Shown here in pieces: positions 60,001-64,000 of a DNA stretch of 64,000 nt (positions are counted from its first letter, which is position 1; each line of letters begins with the position of its first letter). The translations under genes and the position numbers were made by a program. The stretch spans positions 10,338,844 to 10,402,843 of the forward strand of contig CM082588.2 in assembly GCA_040954595.2 (NCBI GenBank), written 5' to 3'. The notes beneath the pieces were generated by a model. It worked only from the letters and a program-made list of their open reading frames with translations, had not been told where the DNA came from and searched no databases. The DNA is from Balanoglossus misakiensis. Taxonomy: Eukaryota; Animalia; Hemichordata.

Positions 60001-61653
60001 CAACCATGGAAATTTTAGAACTATCTCTCGATCTACAGAGTCTAGTGGAAAACTTTATTATGCACATAGGCCTATCTATGTATTATGCGCATCACAACAG
60101 AAATCGGTAAATAAACGAGGCTGTATTTGGAAGCAACCATGTAAATTTTACAACTATCCGTCGATCTACAGAGTCTGGTGGAAAACTTTCTTATGCGCAT
60201 AGGCCTATTACGTGTTCTGCGCCTCACAACAGAAATCGGTAAATAAACGAGGCTGTTTGGAAGCAACCATGTAAATTTTAGAACTATCCGTCGATCTACA
60301 GAGTCTAGTGGAAAAACGTTCATGTGCGCATAGGCCTATCATGTGTTATGCACATCACAACAGAATTTTGTAAACAAACGAGGCTTTGTTTGGAAGCAAC
60401 AATGGAAATTTTAGAACTATCTGTCGATCTACGGAGTATAGTGGAAAACATTCATATGCGCATAGGCCTATATATGTGTTCTGCGCATCACAACAGAATT
60501 TTGTAAACAATCGAGGATGTGTTTGGAAGCAATCATGGAAATTTTAGAACTATCCGTCGATCTACAGAGTCTAGTGGGAAACTTTCTTATGCGCATAGGC
60601 ATATGTATGTGTTCTGCGCATCACAACAGAAATCGGTAAATAAACGAGGCTGTTTGGAAGCAACCATGGAAATTTTACAACTATCCGTCGATCTACAGAG
60701 TCTGGTGGAAAACTTTCTTATGCGCATAGGCCTATTACGTGCTCTGCGCCTCACAACAGAATTCGGTAAATAAACGAGGCTGTTTGGAAGCAACCATGGA
60801 ACTTTTAGAACTATCCGTCGATCTACAGAGTCTAGTGGAAAAATGTCTTATGCGCATAGGCCTATCATGTGTTCTGTGCCTCACAACAGAAATCGGTAAA
60901 TAAACGAGGCTGTTTGGAAGCAACCATGGAAATTGTACAACTATCCGTCGATCTACAGAGTCTAGTGGAAAACGTTCTTATGCGCATAGGCCTATCTATG
61001 TGTTATGCGCATCACAACAGAAATCGGTAAATAAACGAGGCTGTATTTGGAAGCAACCATGAAATTTTACAACTATCCGTCGATCTACAGAGTCTGGTGG
61101 AAAACTTCCTTATGCGCATAGACCTATTACGTGTTCTGCGCCTCACAACAGAATTCGGTAAATAAACGAGGCTGTTTGGAAGCAACCATGGACATTGTTC
61201 AACTATCCGTCGATCTACAAAGTCTAGTGGAAAACGTTCTTATGCGCATAGGCCTATCTATGTGTTATGCGCATCACAACAGAAATCGCTAAATAAACGA
61301 GGCTGTATTTGGAAGCAACCATGAAATTTTACAACTATCCGTCGATCTACAGAGTCTAGTGGAAAAATGTCTCATGCGCATAGGCCTATCATGTGTTCTG
61401 CGCCTCACAACAGAATTCGGTAAATAAACGAGGCTGTTTGGAAGCAACCATGGAAATTTTACAACTATCCGTCGATCTACAGAGTCTAGTGGAAAACGTT
61501 ATTATGCGCATAGGCCTATATATGTGTTCTGCGCATCACAACAGAATTTTGTAAACAAACGAGGCTGTGTTTGGAAGCAACCATGGACATTTTAGAACTA
61601 ACTCTCGATCTACAGAGTCTATAGTGGAAAACTTTCTTATGCACATATGCCTA
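51083..61653. repeat. 130-133-bp satellite array, block 4
   Basis: Same monomer and orientation; in register after the AAAT TSD; contains a 3283-bp tandem duplication. Confidence 0.98.
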
Positions 61654-64000
61654 CACTGCAAATTCTGCAAAAACAAGCCGGTTTGTACTCAAGCCATTCG
61701 GGTTTGCTGACAAGCCATCTCGTCATACTTGCCGAAACTTCGGTATTTCCACAAGCCGCTAAATTGTCTGGTGTGTGCCAGCAAGCCAGTCAATGTTAGA
61801 AAAATGGTTTGTAAATACGCCGCTGGACAACCTGTCTGGAATGGCTTATTATTAAGCCATTGAACAAAATCTCTGGTTTGCTCGCAAACTTTAGTGATAC
61901 TTATGTCTGGCTCGAATTTGTACCATATTTAACCTTGGCTGCATTTTAAGCCGTTGGAGTTAGTGGTCGCTTTTCAAACCATAAAAAGATGTAAGTATGG
62001 TTTGAAAACACGCCATGGAAAACTTTGCCGGGATGTGGTTCATATACACGCCACGCTGGGCACAATGTCTTGCGAAATACCCTGATTTGGCGCGCGAATG
62101 CAGGGTCAAAGGTTATTTATTACACAACTACAACGTTTTGACGCGAGAGAAGACGGTCCACGCGTGAGGAAGCCGATCGAACCACGTCGTTCCCTTTATA
62201 AAATTCGTTCAGCGATTTACAATGCACTCAACCTGTTCCTAAGGTAGAACCGAAATACCATATGCGTGGATAATTACTTTGGCACCGAGCATCGTTATGG
62301 AAGGATGACATCTAATGACTTAGCAGTTGACCGCCAGCATCTACGAGACCGTAACATAGAACAATGCCGGTTGGGGTAAGTCCTGCTTCCATTCCATTTT
62401 GTGACAGTAACTACATTTTTGCGAGCAGTGAAGATAATACAAAATTAACAGGCCCGAATCCTGTATATACTGACTTGATCATGTGTTGATGATAGCTGAA
62501 AAGCATGTGAGAAGAAGTAATGTCAAAAGTTTGACAGCATAAAGTAGGGAGTGGGGCCCCAAAGGAATTTCATTATTCTTGCTATTTTCAGCCTCCATCC
62601 CCGTTCATTTTTGTTTATGCATTTTTGTGAGCGAAGACGATGCAAAGTATGTCACTATTAAAAGGCCTGAATCCTTTATATACTGCATTGATCATGTGTG
62701 GATGGTTACAAAAAAGTCTGAGCAAATCAAAAGAATTTTTTTAATGCAGCTCCGGAGTGGGGCCCTATAGCGCCATAGCCTAGGAATTTCACCATGCTTG
62801 CTATTGGCAGCCTACATCCCCATTCATGTTTGTTTATGCACTTTTACTAGTCAAGATAATTCAAAATATGTAATAATATCTATACTGTATTGATCATTTG
62901 TAGATCGAGAGATATTTCAAATATATGAAGCTTCGAGTGGGGCTAGTGGCAGCGGAAGTCAACATTGGGGGGGGGGGGGTAACCGCAATAAAATGTTGTT
63001 TTGTGTTCCAATACTATATCAATGGATACCCATAATATTTAAATCATTGGCTGAATAATTTTTTTTTGATAAACCGTGATCTCGGACCACAGGATTATTT
63101 AACCCCTGCATGCCTGCGATTTGTAACAATAATGATTCCTACTTTAATTGAACCCCAGATATTTGCATAAGAATGAAATAATGGATACCCATAATATTTA
63201 AATCATTGGCTGATTAATTTTTTTTGATAAACCATGATCTCGGACCACAGGATTATTTAACCCCTGCATGCCTGCGATTTGTAACAATAATGATTTAAAT
63301 CATTGGCTGAATATTTTTTTTTGATAAACCATGATCTCGGACCACAGGATTATTTAACCCCTGCATGCCTGCGATTTGTAACAATAATGATTCCTACTTT
63401 AATTGAACCCCAGATATTTGCATAAGAATGAAATAAATGATCTTGGTTTTGCAGGAGTGGTGATACTGGTTATGGGAAGGAGCAGTTTTTATTTTATTAG
63501 GCACCACAAAAATATGAAAAAGTCAACAAGTAGCATTTATGTCGAAGCATACACGGTATGTATAATTAAGTAGATTTTGTTATTTTTTTAATATCCATTT
63601 TTGTCATCTAGTCATCTGTTTTCTTTACAGTTTAGTTTGTAGGGACTTCATTATAAAATACCAACCATGTGGTTATAATTTCAGTATTGCATTTGGGAAG
63701 AGATTTTACTATTTATGCCTAAAAACGAGTTTTAAAGGAACATGCCTATCTGTATTTATTAATATAGTCCAGCTATCATGTATGTAACATGTATTCAGTT
63801 ATAGTCAAAGGAAACAATTCACTAAACTCTAGGTGCGAAATTTCATGCATTGCTCATTGAATCAATTTCATCTTGTTTGTTACATGCTGTGTATCTCATG
63901 GTTATGTTAGTGTTTCATGGTTGCTGCCTATAACATTAGGATGGCACCATATCGTAGTGTTGTATCGGTCAGTCTCATGTTCTCATATGGTTGCTGCCTA
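61654..64000. mobile_element. Second copy of the CACTG element, running off the window end
   Basis: Begins TA|CACTGCAAATTCTG. Constant offset of 33921 bp to 27733-30079 at the start, middle (identical 63-aa ORFs at 28658 and 62579) and end. The left flank differs from that of copy 1. Confidence 0.95.

Noticed and set aside
7504-61653. Dozens of 60-140-aa ORFs (MFGSNHGNF..., MCLEATMEIL..., MLPNSLVYL...)
   Set aside because: They are translations of the satellite. Monomer lengths of 130, 131 and 133 bp shift the frame constantly, stops are frequent, and no domain is recognisable.
61654-64000. Second CACTG copy as part of a 34-kb segmental duplication
   Set aside because: The left flanks differ in monomer variant and insertion position, so identity starts at the target TA and element end.

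Overview
Eukaryotic (animal, probably invertebrate) repeat-rich DNA with no recognisable host gene. 1-7.5 kb is a patchwork of decayed retroelements: a Gypsy integrase tail, a Ngaro/DIRS-type tyrosine-recombinase retrotransposon, a Tx1/L1-like LINE 3' end with poly(A), and inverted-repeat relics. From 7504 to 61653 lies a 130-133-bp satellite (about 37 kb of satellite sequence, roughly 280 monomers) with higher-order repeats and palindrome-rich monomers, a candidate (peri)centromeric array. Four insertions interrupt or end it: (i) a 4.6-kb non-coding CACTG-ended (EnSpm/CACTA-like) element, 27733-32351, TA TSD; (ii) a 4.7-kb non-coding TAG...CTA-ended (Academ-like) element, 33813-38470, ATA TSD; (iii) an intact Ty3/Gypsy element, 43024-51082, with apparently identical 642-bp LTRs, AAAT TSD, tRNA-Ser PBS, RRM-bearing PNMA-like Gag and a -1 frameshift into Pol; (iv) a second, apparently identical copy of the CACTG element from 61654 to the window end. 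The most unusual signals are the arrays of a 16-bp palindrome (GGYTTGN4CAARCC) with unique spacers at both ends of the CACTG element (31-34-bp period on the right), the clustering of three DNA-transposon insertions at one palindromic 16-bp spot of the monomer, and an exact 65-bp duplication starting at the predicted TSS inside the LTR. All alignments were done by eye; no database searches were run.
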